Shown: positions 1-9,204, numbered from the stretch's first letter. The stretch: DNA of 64,000 bases from Candidatus Bathyarchaeota archaeon (GCA_963720565.1 CAVRFW010000008.1:1-64000); one strand, 5' to 3'. Numbers and translations: made by a program. The notes: generated by a model from the letters alone, not told the origin.

Positions 1-226
1 AGGAGATGAAATAAGTGAGCCCTAAAAGTGATGAATTGCCCGCATTGTGGGAAGCTTTTGCCGGGAGAATTCTGGCATGAGAAGAGTCAAGCCGAAGCTA
101 AGTAGTCATTAAGTGTCCCATCGGTGCGGAAGCAGTAGAAACTGGAAAGATGCTGGAAGACGTGCACGAAATCGGGGTCTATTCAACGATACTTTTGCCG
201 TAGACTGCGGGCGCAGGTTTTCATGA
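1..226 (+). pseudogene. Degenerate copy of the Zn-ribbon ORF at 1253-1462
   Basis: 1-223 aligns by eye with 1239-1453 (aggagatgaaata..., atgaa.tgcccgcattgtgg, tggcatga, ttaagtg, tattcaacg, actgcgg.cgcaggttttca) but has indels and an in-frame stop. Confidence 0.75.
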
Positions 227-324
227 ATCGTGTTGGGAGCTCCTTTAGACTCCTTCAGCGTCTTCTTTTTTTCTGTTGGGAAAGCATTAATAGTATGAAA
301 GTAAAATATTCTTACTGATGAATT

Positions 325-591
325 ATGACAGAAGAGCTTGAAGTAACCACAATGAGCGAAAAAGGGCAAGTTGTCATCCCTCAGTCGATACGAAAGGAAC
401 TTGGAATAAAGCCAAAAACCAAGTTTCTAGTTTACGGAAGAGGCGACACTGTCATAATGAAAAAGCTCGAGCTCCCTGACTTGAAGAAAGAATGGGAAGA
501 CATCTTCAAGCTGATGGACAAAAAAGAGCTCAAGATGTCTGACAACGAAATCCAGAAAGAAATAGCAGAGGCCAGAAAAGCAAACAGATGA
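325..591 (+). CDS. AbrB/MazE/SpoVT-family DNA-binding antitoxin
   Basis: MSEKGQVVIPQSIRKELGI is the AbrB swapped-hairpin signature; lies directly upstream of a PIN gene. Confidence 0.9.
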   Translation: MTEELEVTTMSEKGQVVIPQSIRKELGIKPKTKFLVYGRGDTVIMKKLELPDLKKEWEDIFKLMDKKELKMSDNEIQKEIAEARKANR

Positions 592-595
592 TCTG

Positions 596-1014
596 ATGCT
601 TCGAGTTGTCCTTGACACCAACGTTCTTGGTTAGTGCCATAATCTCTGATGGCAAGCCAAGAGAGCTCTTAAGGAAAGGAATCTCAAAAGAGTTCTGCAT
701 TGTAACCTCAGACTTGATTCTAAGAGAGCTTGGCATTGTCCTTCGCAGACCAAAATTCAAGACGGACGAGGATGAAATTCACAGAATTATTCTCGCTTTG
801 ATGCAATACAGCAGAAGTGGTTGAGGTAGTCTCGAAATTCAACCTGGTTAAAGAGGATCCAAAAGATGATATGGTTGTTGAGACGGCTTATGATGGAAAA
901 GCCGACTTTATTGTTTCTGGAGATAGCCATCTTTTGGCGCTGAATAGTTTTAGGGGAATTAAGATAGTTGGAGTCAAGCAAATGCTTTCCTGTCTTGAAG
1001 AAAAAACCAGGTAA
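596..1014 (+). pseudogene. PIN-domain (VapC-like) toxin with two +1 frameshifts
   Basis: ATG 596 gives MLRVVLDTNVL; the frame shifts near 629 to VSAIISDGKP...E and near 808 to ...DPKDDMVVETAYDGKADFIVSGDSHLL, restoring the PIN acidic motifs. Confidence 0.85.
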
Positions 1015-1024
1015 ATGAAACTCT

Positions 1025-1056
1025 ATTGACAGCTTCTTTATAAGCAGCCTGTCAAT
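1025..1056. promoter_or_regulatory. Palindrome ATTGACAG-N16-CTGTCAAT with a central TTTATAA
   Basis: Perfect 8-bp inverted arms around a TATA-like sequence, between the PIN gene and the next ORFs. Confidence 0.35.
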
Positions 1057-1252
1057 GCATTTCCAGCTTTCTTATAAGGGAAGTGATAGTGATCGAAAGA
1101 AAGATCTGGAATGGGAATCAAATCCCCGGTGCTTTTGCAAAGGTGGTGGATTCGGACGCCAGTGAAAGAGGGGATATTACCACTGACTCGTTTCTCCGCA
1201 GCTACTCTCCTTCTTTTTCTCTTTTAGAACGAGTTGGCAGGAGATGAAATAG

Positions 1253-1462
1253 GTGAACAAAAAGGTAATGAACTGCCCGCATTGTGGAAAGGTATTGCCT
1301 GGCGAGTTTTGGCATGAAGAAAGCCAGGGAGATAAGCCGATCGTTAAGTGCCCTCGATGTGGTAGCATCAGGAACCGAAAAGACGCAAAACGGTACACAC
1401 CATCTGGAGCTATTCAACGCTACTATTGTGTAAACTGCGGTCGCAGGTTTTCAAAACTTTGA
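1253..1462 (+). CDS. Small Zn-ribbon protein (three CxxC motifs; resembles InsA-like/integrase N-terminal Zn ribbons)
   Basis: CPHCG, CPRCGS...QRYYCVNCGRRFS. Confidence 0.7.
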   Translation: MNKKVMNCPHCGKVLPGEFWHEESQGDKPIVKCPRCGSIRNRKDAKRYTPSGAIQRYYCVNCGRRFSKL

Positions 1463-1629
1463 TCTGCTTTTACCTTCAATCTTTTCTTATTTTTATGTGG
1501 AGTCTCGCTCTCTGGTCTACACTGATGCGGTGACATCTTCAGTTTGGTTTATGATGCATAATCAGAGTTATTGTGTAAGAATATTAGCGTTAGTAGCGTC
1601 AGGCTGAAGCGCACTTTGCAGGATGGTTA

Positions 1630-1773
1630 ATGTGTCCTGTCTGTAAGAAGGAAACTCGTCACTACACCAAAGACACCCATGATAGTCCTGTTTCGAAGAT
1701 GCGCAGGATTTGGTGTGAGGATTGCCGTGTGGTTCAGATGCAGTTTAAACAAACAGACGGAAAATGGGAATAG
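1630..1773 (+). CDS. 47-aa Zn-finger microprotein
   Basis: Translated by hand: MCPVCKKETRHYTKDTHDSPVSKMRRIWCEDCRVVQMQFKQTDGKWE with two CxxC motifs; below the ORF-track cutoff. Confidence 0.5.
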   Translation: MCPVCKKETRHYTKDTHDSPVSKMRRIWCEDCRVVQMQFKQTDGKWE

Positions 1774-1844
1774 AGCACGCCTGATTCTGAACAGAGAAAC
1801 AACTCAAAACCTTGGAAAAAAATCAGACAAAGTTAAAGTAAAAG

Positions 1845-3242
1845 TTATCTAATAAAACCGTTTATCGCATTTGCCACTTCCCCAGGCTGATCAAAACAGT
1901 CAAAGTGACTCGCATTGGTAATCCATTTCAAGCTTAATTGTGGAGCAATTGTGTTTAATCCGTCAAAGGAGGATTTTGGCTGTGAGAAATCTTGATCCGC
2001 TTGCAACAGCAGAATCGGGAATGTCCAATTTTGGTTGATGAGACGATTGTTAGCATCGCGGTACTCTTGCTGATTCTGGGGCATAAAGTACAGTGGAACG
2101 TTCTGTGCTACACCCGGACGCGAAAACTCGTAAGTGACATACATTTTATCGACCTCACTGAACGGTTTGACTAATCGAGGAAGATAGACTGAATTAACGA
2201 ACCACTGTGCGTCTTGCATGAAAAGTGTTCCCATACGGGGACTCGTGAATAGGATAAATTGTGGATTATCGATTGTTGGAGAGAGATTCGCATTGATGGG
2301 CGTTCCTCCTGACATTCGAACAAATCCAAGGATACTGTCTGGATATTGCTCCACTAACACTTCCCCTACCAAGGTACCCCAATCATGGCCCACAACATAG
2401 AATTTCGTGATGTTCAAACTGTCCATCAGATCCACAGTCTCTTTGGCTATGTTTTTCAATTCATAATTATTGCCAGGGGTGATGGATTGACCGTATCCTT
2501 GCATGTCTACTGCTATTAGACGATAGCTCTGATTCATCAGAGGCAGTACGTATCGCCAGGTGTACCAGGACTCTGGTAGTCCGTGAAGGAAAAGAATTGC
2601 CGTTCCATTTGGATTTCCCGACTGCACGTAATGCCACTTTACTCCGTTCACAAATAGATTGAAATGATTGAACTGAGCATCAACTGCATCGTGCGCGGCT
2701 TGATTATTGGCAATGAAAGCCTCATTATTTGTTTTCGCTTGGGATGCACTGGCATTGAGGACGACACCGAATGCTCCATAAAAAGTTAGCAGAACAACAA
2801 GGTATAAGGCTAATGAAACCATCAAAGTCTTTTTGAATTTTATTGTGGTTGACCTAGAATTTTCGCTTCTCCGACTTAATCGATACGCGAAGAATATTCC
2901 GATTGCCATGTACACGACTAAAAGACCAAGAAAAACGAAGATGGGAGCCAAAATTGGGCGCAAAGCACGTATCTGTGATAGTGTGTAAATAAAATCGACA
3001 TCCAGTACTAGAAATATGCCGCCAAAGGCCAATCCCAACCATCCGACAAAGCGATTTGAGAATTTCGGAATTATGTTTGCTAATGCAACAAAAAGCCATA
3101 CCGTTGTCAAAGCCCACATCACCGCTTGGAGAGAAGGCAGAATTTCAACAAACAAACTAGTATAGATAGTAGCTGGAATTGCCAAACATAATGATCCAAA
3201 CAACCAGTATTGTCCAAATCCCATTCGAGAGAGCGTTTTCAT
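1845..3242 (-). CDS. Alpha/beta hydrolase (epoxide hydrolase-like) fused to an N-terminal multi-TM domain
   Basis: HGLPESW, DMQGYGQS, GHDWG nucleophile elbow, C-terminal ASHF; about 5 hydrophobic helices in the first ~165 aa. Confidence 0.85.
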   Translation of the reverse strand: MKTLSRMGFGQYWLFGSLCLAIPATIYTSLFVEILPSLQAVMWALTTVWLFVALANIIPKFSNRFVGWLGLAFGGIFLVLDVDFIYTLSQIRALRPILAPIFVFLGLLVVYMAIGIFFAYRLSRRSENSRSTTIKFKKTLMVSLALYLVVLLTFYGAFGVVLNASASQAKTNNEAFIANNQAAHDAVDAQFNHFNLFVNGVKWHYVQSGNPNGTAILFLHGLPESWYTWRYVLPLMNQSYRLIAVDMQGYGQSITPGNNYELKNIAKETVDLMDSLNITKFYVVGHDWGTLVGEVLVEQYPDSILGFVRMSGGTPINANLSPTIDNPQFILFTSPRMGTLFMQDAQWFVNSVYLPRLVKPFSEVDKMYVTYEFSRPGVAQNVPLYFMPQNQQEYRDANNRLINQNWTFPILLLQADQDFSQPKSSFDGLNTIAPQLSLKWITNASHFDCFDQPGEVANAINGFIR

Positions 3243-3790
3243 TTACATTCCTTCGGTTTCCTGTTTAAAATTAAAAGAAGTATGATATATTCGGGTTCGG
3301 GAACGGAAAAAATACGCGAGACGACTGCAAAATGATGCAGCGGTAACCGCAACAATACTGACCGTTATTACGTCGTAGAATAATTGTCCTGAAAAAAGCA
3401 ACGTTAACCCTATTGCACCGTAAAGCAGACTCCCATAATATTTGCCGATTGGATCGTAGATTTCTTTTGTGAGGGAAGCTGGTAATCATAAACTGCACAA
3501 ATGCAAAGAGTATTAGCGGCAATACCCAATAAGGATACAATTCTGCAGTCACAAAGATTCGGAACATGCCGATTATGAATATGAAATCGACTGTGGCATC
3601 AAAATATGCGCCAAACTTTGTACCCGACTTCATTTTTCGGGCTAGATAACCATCTAAGAAATCAGTACCTATTGCTAAAAGAAAAAGTGTATATGCGGCA
3701 AATGTGAAATCGAAGATAAAGGCGTATACTAGAAAAGGGAGAATAATTACCCGCACCAAACTTAATAATGAGGGTAAATACTCGAAACCT
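3243..3790 (-). CDS. CDP-alcohol phosphatidyltransferase family protein (frameshift near 3473; start uncertain)
   Basis: TDFLDGYLARK...GAYFDATVD signature; removing one base in the ggg run near 3473 gives a hydrophobic C-terminus (TKEIYDPIGKYYGSLLYGAIGLTLLF...) ending at 3243. Confidence 0.8.
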
Positions 3791-3805
3791 AAACTTGTGG
3801 CTGTT

Positions 3806-4405
3806 TTAGGTGATTTGTTGGGCTGCCTGTGTTGCAATTTCAGTTGCGCTTTTTCCTCCCTCGTTTGGAGCCATACTATAGAGAAGCAGGGATTCCACAA
3901 CGGTGCCATTATGCGCTTGTATTATGTTTTCCAGTGATTGCTTGCTTCCTTGCGCACTTCCGAGGCCTAAAGTCATAAGCACGGTTTGGATTTCGTTGAG
4001 GTTTCCAATTCTATCAAGCTGACGGACCGTTGGTTTGTCAGGGTCTGAGGCGTAGGTGTTGCTTGAAACTACCAGTAAACTGTATTTGGAGAGGTCTGTA
4101 GGTGCTTCTATGCTTGGTGTTGCAATTTCCACTCTCCAACCGCTTGAGACAAGGCCGTCTGCAAAGGCGTAGGTGACATCGTGTGAGAAGGAGCTTAGTC
4201 CAGGATGGTATAGTACCAGTGCGGTTTTGGTTCCTTGAGGATTTTTGACTACAAGGTCAGTTATGACGTCGTTGTTCATTCCAACGCTTGCATAGGCTAG
4301 AAGTGATGCTGCTGTGATTGTTAGCGCGAGAAGTGTGATTAGCAGGATTTTTTTCCATCTTTTTTGAGGCCAGAGTTTCTTAAAGTGTTGCATGGCAAAT
4401 ATCAT
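3806..4405 (-). CDS. Membrane-anchored flavodoxin-like protein
   Basis: N-terminal TM helix; ALVLYHPG...AFADGL...GWRVE...YSLLVVSSNTY flavodoxin-fold pattern. Confidence 0.6.
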   Translation of the reverse strand: MIFAMQHFKKLWPQKRWKKILLITLLALTITAASLLAYASVGMNNDVITDLVVKNPQGTKTALVLYHPGLSSFSHDVTYAFADGLVSSGWRVEIATPSIEAPTDLSKYSLLVVSSNTYASDPDKPTVRQLDRIGNLNEIQTVLMTLGLGSAQGSKQSLENIIQAHNGTVVESLLLYSMAPNEGGKSATEIATQAAQQIT

Positions 4406-4489
4406 GATTAATCAATTATATATATCTTTTTTATATATTATAAAAGCATATATAAGCCAATCGAATGTTACATTTAACAGATGTAAGCA

Positions 4490-5038
4490 ATGAAGGAAAA
4501 CACTACTGAATATGTCATCTTAGGAATCCTCCGAAATAAATCCAGAACAGGATACGACATCAACAAAGTAGTGAAAACACGCTTAGGCCCTTTTTGGGAC
4601 ATAAATTACAGCCAAATTTACCCAACATTACGAGAACTAGAAAAAGGCGGTGCAATAACAAAAAGAGTTGAAATCAATGAACGCGGACAAAACCGAAAAG
4701 TCTATTCAATAACTAACGAAGGCAAAAATAAACTAAAGGAGTGGCTACTAAAACCTGCCAAACCTGAAAAACACAAAATTGAATTAATGCTAAAAATTGG
4801 TTTTGGCGAACAAGTATCCAATACTGAGCTAATAAAGCAGGTTCAGGCGTTTAGGGAAAGACACGTGGCGCAACTTGAAAATGTCTACAGAATTGAGAAC
4901 GAACTAAAAGCTCAATTAGATCAAAATGAAGCAAACTACTTTATGTTACTTTCAGTAGAGTTAGGCGCAAAATTCCACCTTTCCGCTGTTGATTGGGCGG
5001 ACACAACAATAACAAAATTAAGGAGCCGGGATAAATGA
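4490..5038 (+). CDS. PadR-family transcriptional regulator
   Basis: ILGIL...TGYDI...FW..NYSQIYPTLRELE...RKVYSITNEGKNKLKEWL; divergent from the hydrolase operon. Confidence 0.92.
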   Translation: MKENTTEYVILGILRNKSRTGYDINKVVKTRLGPFWDINYSQIYPTLRELEKGGAITKRVEINERGQNRKVYSITNEGKNKLKEWLLKPAKPEKHKIELMLKIGFGEQVSNTELIKQVQAFRERHVAQLENVYRIENELKAQLDQNEANYFMLLSVELGAKFHLSAVDWADTTITKLRSRDK

Positions 5039-5460
5039 GCAGTACCCAACCTCCAAGCTTTAAGGGAAGGTACTTTGGCTTAGCCGTATTGGTTGGCGCT
5101 CAGTTAATTGTTGGCTTGATACATGTTGTTTTTGGGGTTTGGCTTCTTGTTGCCTCTAATGGCGTTTCATCTTTTATTTTCTCATTGGGGGATGTCTATT
5201 ATTTTTACACTTTTCTATATGGTTTGTTGACTTTGCTTTTTGCCGTTGGTGTGTGGTTTAAGAAGAACTGGGGTTGGTATGGAACTTTGGCAGTTAGCAT
5301 CTTTGTAATCGTTGCCGATTCATTAAAGATACTAGGTTTGCCTAGTGTGCCAGGTATCCCCATGTTTGCGGGTTTTGGCGAAATCCCATATAGTATCATA
5401 ATTGTCGTTTACTTGTTACAGAGCCACGTTAGAACAGATTACAAAAACAAACAAGGTTAA
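5035..5460 (+). CDS. Hypothetical 4-TM membrane protein
   Basis: Four hydrophobic segments; ATGA overlap with padR. Confidence 0.7.
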   Translation: MSSTQPPSFKGRYFGLAVLVGAQLIVGLIHVVFGVWLLVASNGVSSFIFSLGDVYYFYTFLYGLLTLLFAVGVWFKKNWGWYGTLAVSIFVIVADSLKILGLPSVPGIPMFAGFGEIPYSIIIVVYLLQSHVRTDYKNKQG

Positions 5461-5510
5461 AAAATAGTCAGACATTTTCACATCAAAAGTCGCTTTGGAA
5501 GGAAATTAGT

Positions 5511-5963
5511 ATGAACAAGGAAAAAGAGGAAAGAATTAGAGTTTTTCCAAAACAATTGGATAATAGTTTTCGAGGTAACAGAATTGCAGTTATAGTATTC
5601 GCATTAATTACGGTTTTCACTTTGGCGAGAAGTTGCATTCACATATTTGCCCCTGATGGTGGAGCGAGTAGTATAGCAGGAATAAACACGTCTGTTGAGG
5701 GGGGTTCTAACGTTATCTCGATGTTTGCGTTCTGGGGTTTGGCACAGCTTCTGATGGGGCTTGTTTATCTTGCAGTTTTCTTTCGCTATAAGAGTCTAAT
5801 CCCTTTCATGTACATGCTCATCATAATTGAGTACTCTGGGCGAGTTTTAATTGGTATGGTAAAACCTTTGATAGTTTCTCATACTCCGCCTGGAGCAATA
5901 GGTGACTATATTCTGATTCCCTTAGCAATAATGATGCTGATTTTATGTTTCAAGAGATCATGA
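5511..5963 (+). CDS. Hypothetical membrane protein
   Basis: About 4 TM segments, HIFAPDGGA motif. Confidence 0.7.
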   Translation: MNKEKEERIRVFPKQLDNSFRGNRIAVIVFALITVFTLARSCIHIFAPDGGASSIAGINTSVEGGSNVISMFAFWGLAQLLMGLVYLAVFFRYKSLIPFMYMLIIIEYSGRVLIGMVKPLIVSHTPPGAIGDYILIPLAIMMLILCFKRS

Positions 5964-6293
5964 AAGGAATGAACTCGGACTGTTTTCTTATCAACGAAGA
6001 TTTTATTCGAACTAAGTTGAAGTCTTTTGTGTTTGCGATATAATCGTAAAGCTTTTAACCGTTCAAATTAAAGGATCAAACATCGCAGTTTTCAACCAAT
6101 AGGTGACTATATTCTGATTCCCTTAGCAATAATGATGCTAATGTTATGTTTCAAGAGATCATGAAAGGAATAAACTCGGATTTTCTTATCAACGAAGATT
6201 TTATTCGAACTAAGTTGAAGTCTTTTGTGTATGCGATATAATCGTAAAGCTTTTAACCGTTCAAATTAAAGGATCAAACACACAGTTTTCAAC
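5896..6293. repeat. Imperfect tandem duplication, ~200-bp unit (5896-6096 and 6097-6293)
   Basis: Both units run caataggtgactatattctgattccc...cagttttcaac, with a few substitutions and indels. Confidence 0.95.
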
Positions 6294-6299
6294 TCCCTT

Positions 6300-6606
6300 G
6301 TACTTGCCACCAGCGCGCGCTTTGGGTCGATACTGGCTTTTTCCATAGGTGCTCTGCTATATTATATCATATTTTATCGAACGAAAACTAGTTCCTCGAT
6401 GGATATCGGTTTGGGGTCTTGCTGCTGCCATATTGACCATATTATCATTCGTTTTAGCCACGGTAGGCCTCATCGCTCCTGGTAGTACGGAAGAAACCGT
6501 TTTGGCTCTTCCAATGCTCCCGCAAGAAATGGTTCTTGCGGTATGGCTGATAGCTAAAGGATTCAATCCATCCGTAATTGCTTCCAAGTCTCCTCAAGTG
6601 GAATAG
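6300..6606 (+). pseudogene. 5'-truncated DUF4386-like membrane protein fragment
   Basis: ...IGALLYYIIFYRT/KLVPRWISVWG...QEMVLAVWLIAKGFN; no N-terminus, +1 shift in the A-run near 6385. Confidence 0.65.
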
Positions 6607-6718
6607 TTGAATAACCATGGAAACCCCAGCGTACCAGGAGTCATCTTGTTTTTATGATGAGGGGCGCACGCGCTCGGCGACAAGTGTTAAATAAAGGAAA
6701 AAGACATAAAGGCAAGTC

Positions 6719-7132
6719 ATGGGCGCCAATACTTCAAAGCCAAATTATGCTAGCTTAATTACCAAAATTCTGATAGTTCTGGTCATACTCAACATTGCTG
6801 GGGACGTTTTAGCTGCGGCGTTTTTTCTGTGGGACCCTTCCTTAGGTGAGTTGTCAGTATACGGCGGTTTGATTGCAAGTTTTGCGGGAAAAAATGGTGC
6901 CGTTATGATAACAAGCGCCATTCTTTTAGGCTACGCGGTGGTTTACGCTGTTTGTGTCTTTGGGTTGTTAAGTAAATTAAAGTGGGCACCGCCTCTGGTT
7001 ATTGCCGTTTCGGTAGTGAATCGAGCACTTGCTTTGGGGGTTATTTTTGAGCCAAACGTTGCTTGGCTAATCTGGTCAGCATGGAAACTCGTCATAATAG
7101 CTTTAGCTGGGTATCTTTGGCGCAAAACGTAA
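6719..7132 (+). CDS. Hypothetical 4-TM membrane protein
   Basis: Hydrophobic 137-aa ORF with ATG start. Confidence 0.65.
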   Translation: MGANTSKPNYASLITKILIVLVILNIAGDVLAAAFFLWDPSLGELSVYGGLIASFAGKNGAVMITSAILLGYAVVYAVCVFGLLSKLKWAPPLVIAVSVVNRALALGVIFEPNVAWLIWSAWKLVIIALAGYLWRKT

Positions 7133-7210
7133 TTTAACTTTTGGAGGCGCTCCCTGTTTGGGGAGAGTATCTAAACCGCCTCTTAGTTGACCATTTCGCC
7201 AATAATTCAA

Positions 7211-7614
7211 CTAAGCGGGCAAGCTATGCTGCAAAGTTATGACGACGTTTCCTTTTTTGTGTCCGGCTTCCACGTAGCGATGGGCCTCGGCAATCTGCTC
7301 CAAAGGATACGTTCTATCGATGACTGCTTTTAATTTGCCAGCTTCAATTAGACCGCTAAGTGTTGACAAATCGTTTGGCTCCATGCCCCCGTTTCCCCAA
7401 GTGGAGAGAAAAACGCCGTTTTCTGTCAGCGATCCCTTTGCTTTTGAACGCGAAATTTTGCCTACTGCATCAAAAACCAAGTCATACCTCTGACCATTTT
7501 TGGCGAAGTCTTCTTTGGTGTAATCAATCACAACATCCGTCCCTAAAGATTTGACCAACTCCAAATTAGCGGCGCTGCATACGCCGGTAACTTGTGCCCC
7601 GAAATATTTAGCAA
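7211..7614 (-). pseudogene. C-terminal fragment of an NAD(P)-dependent MDR/quinone-reductase-type alcohol dehydrogenase
   Basis: LAKYFGAQVTGVCSAANLELVKSLGTDVVIDY...VIDRTYPLEQIAEAHRYVEAGHKKGNVVI; the reading frame begins at the left TIR. Confidence 0.85.
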
Positions 7615-8097
7615 GCGCGCGGGCAGATTAAATAATTGGTGTAAAATGGTTATAATTCTTATTTTCGAATTTGGGGGCAGATTTGAGGCGCGCAGCTCTT
7701 CTTTGTTTCTTTGCAGTAACCGCCCTTCTCGAACCTGCAGAGGTGCCTCAGACGAGCGAACCGCAGAGTCGCCAGCGTCCCATGCGGGTTTTGAAGCGCA
7801 GTGGTCACTTGCTTTGCTGCTGTGGATGGAACATGATAGGCGAATTTAGGTCTTCCCAGACCGTTTGAAGCCATTTTCTCTTTGACGACAAGACCCCGAG
7901 CTGCCAGCCGAGTCAAGATGTTGCTGCAAAGTGTTATGGCTGAAACCCACTTCGCCCGGAAGCGCTTGTGAAGCTTCTGGGTTTGCCGTCTTTTTGGGCA
8001 GCCAAAACGCGTTCATCAGAGAAGCCCATTACGGGCTCAAATAAGCAAAAACGGACTTATAACCATTTTTAACCATTTATTTAATTCCCCCGCGCGC
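7615..8097. mobile_element. 483-bp element with 41-bp imperfect terminal inverted repeats
   Basis: 7615-7655 gcgcgcgggcagattaaataattggtgtaaaatggttataa vs reverse complement of 8057-8097 gcgcgcgggggaattaaataaatggttaaaaatggttataa (35/41 identical). Confidence 0.8.
7659..8029 (-). pseudogene. Winged-HTH protein with a C-terminal Cys4 motif (~122 aa; two +1 frameshifts)
   Basis: Reconstructed MGFSDERVLAAQKDGKPRSFT/ALPGEVGFSHNTLQQHL/RLAARGLVVKEK...GRPKFAY...LCRFEKGGYCKETKKSCAPQICPQIRK. Confidence 0.75.
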
Positions 8098-8102
8098 GCT
8101 AA

Positions 8103-8306
8103 ACCAATCTTTATGTTCTATCCCAGTTTCAGGGCCACAAAAACATCCAAAACACCCTCCTCTACACGCAGCTAATAGTCTTCAAGAGCGACGAATTCCA
8201 CTCAGCCACTGCAAAAACAGTAGAAGACGCTCAGAAGCTTGTTGAGGCAGGATTTGAGTACGTGTGTGATTTCGGCGAAGTCAAGCTATTCAGGAGACGG
8301 AAATGA
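8103..8306 (+). pseudogene. C-terminal remnant of a tyrosine recombinase/integrase
   Basis: GHKNIQNTLLYTQL (box II His and catalytic Tyr) then ...AKTVEDAQKLVEAGFEYVCDFGEVKLFRRRK*; ends 32 bp from the tRNA 3' end. Confidence 0.85.
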
Positions 8307-8338
8307 TGAGAACATCGCCAATGGGGCCTGGAGGAATG

Positions 8339-8417
8339 TGGTGGGGCCGCTGGGATTTGAACCCAGGATCGCATGCGCCCCAGGCATGTATCCTAATCCA
8401 TGCTAGACGACGGCCCC
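8339..8417 (-). tRNA. tRNA-Pro(GGG), CCA encoded
   Basis: GGGGCCG acceptor, anticodon arm CATGC-CTGGGGC-GCATG, T arm CTGGG-TTCAAAT-CCCAG, ends CGGCCCCACCA. Confidence 0.95.
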
Positions 8418-8613
8418 ATTGAGCTTAAGTCGCGACCACAGCCTTTCTCGGTTGAGATCGCACGTATAACACTTTCTTCTTTCTAAAAAGCTTGCTCCTT
8501 ATCATAGTACTCAATTTCATCAAGCCAACAATATGTTTCCTTGTCATACATGCACTATCGCCACGCTACTTTTTTATTCTAATCTTCAAACTAACTTTCA
8601 GGGGACGCATGAA

Positions 8614-9204
8614 ATGAAGGTCGTTGCATTCAACGGAAGTGCACGGAAAGACGGAAACACAGCATTGCTGATAAAGCGGGTACTTCAAGTTCTTGAATCT
8701 GAAGGATTCGAAACCGAAATGATTCAACTTGCAGGCGAACGAATCAGAGGCTGCAACGCATGCAGAACCTGCTACACAGCCAAGAACAAACGCTGCGTTA
8801 TAGAGGAGGATGACGTGAATTCCTATATACAGAAGATGGAGGATTCAGACGGCATAATCCTGGGATCACCAGTCTACTTCTCCATGATGTCACCCGAAAT
8901 GAAGGCGCTAATAGACAGGGCAGGCTACGTTGCACGCGCCAACTCGGACATTTTCAAACGAAAAGTGGGTGCAGCAGTAGTAGCCGTAAGAAGAGCAGGC
9001 GGAATCCCCACCTTCGAGGCTATAAACAATTTCTTCCTCATAAGTCAAATGATTATTCCCGGCTCATCCTACTGGAACATAGGAATAGGCTCCAAGAAGG
9101 GCGACGTGGAAAACGACGAAGAAGGAATGAAAACCATGGAAGACTTGGGAAAAAACATGGCCTGGCTATTAAAAAAACTAAAACATGGCCGGCAACGACG
9201 ATAG
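8614..9204 (+). CDS. Iron-sulfur flavoprotein / NADPH-dependent FMN reductase family
   Basis: MKVVAFNGSARKDGNT, CNACRTC...C, GSPVYF; ATG 8614 is preferred over 8533. Confidence 0.9.
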   Translation: MKVVAFNGSARKDGNTALLIKRVLQVLESEGFETEMIQLAGERIRGCNACRTCYTAKNKRCVIEEDDVNSYIQKMEDSDGIILGSPVYFSMMSPEMKALIDRAGYVARANSDIFKRKVGAAVVAVRRAGGIPTFEAINNFFLISQMIIPGSSYWNIGIGSKKGDVENDEEGMKTMEDLGKNMAWLLKKLKHGRQRR

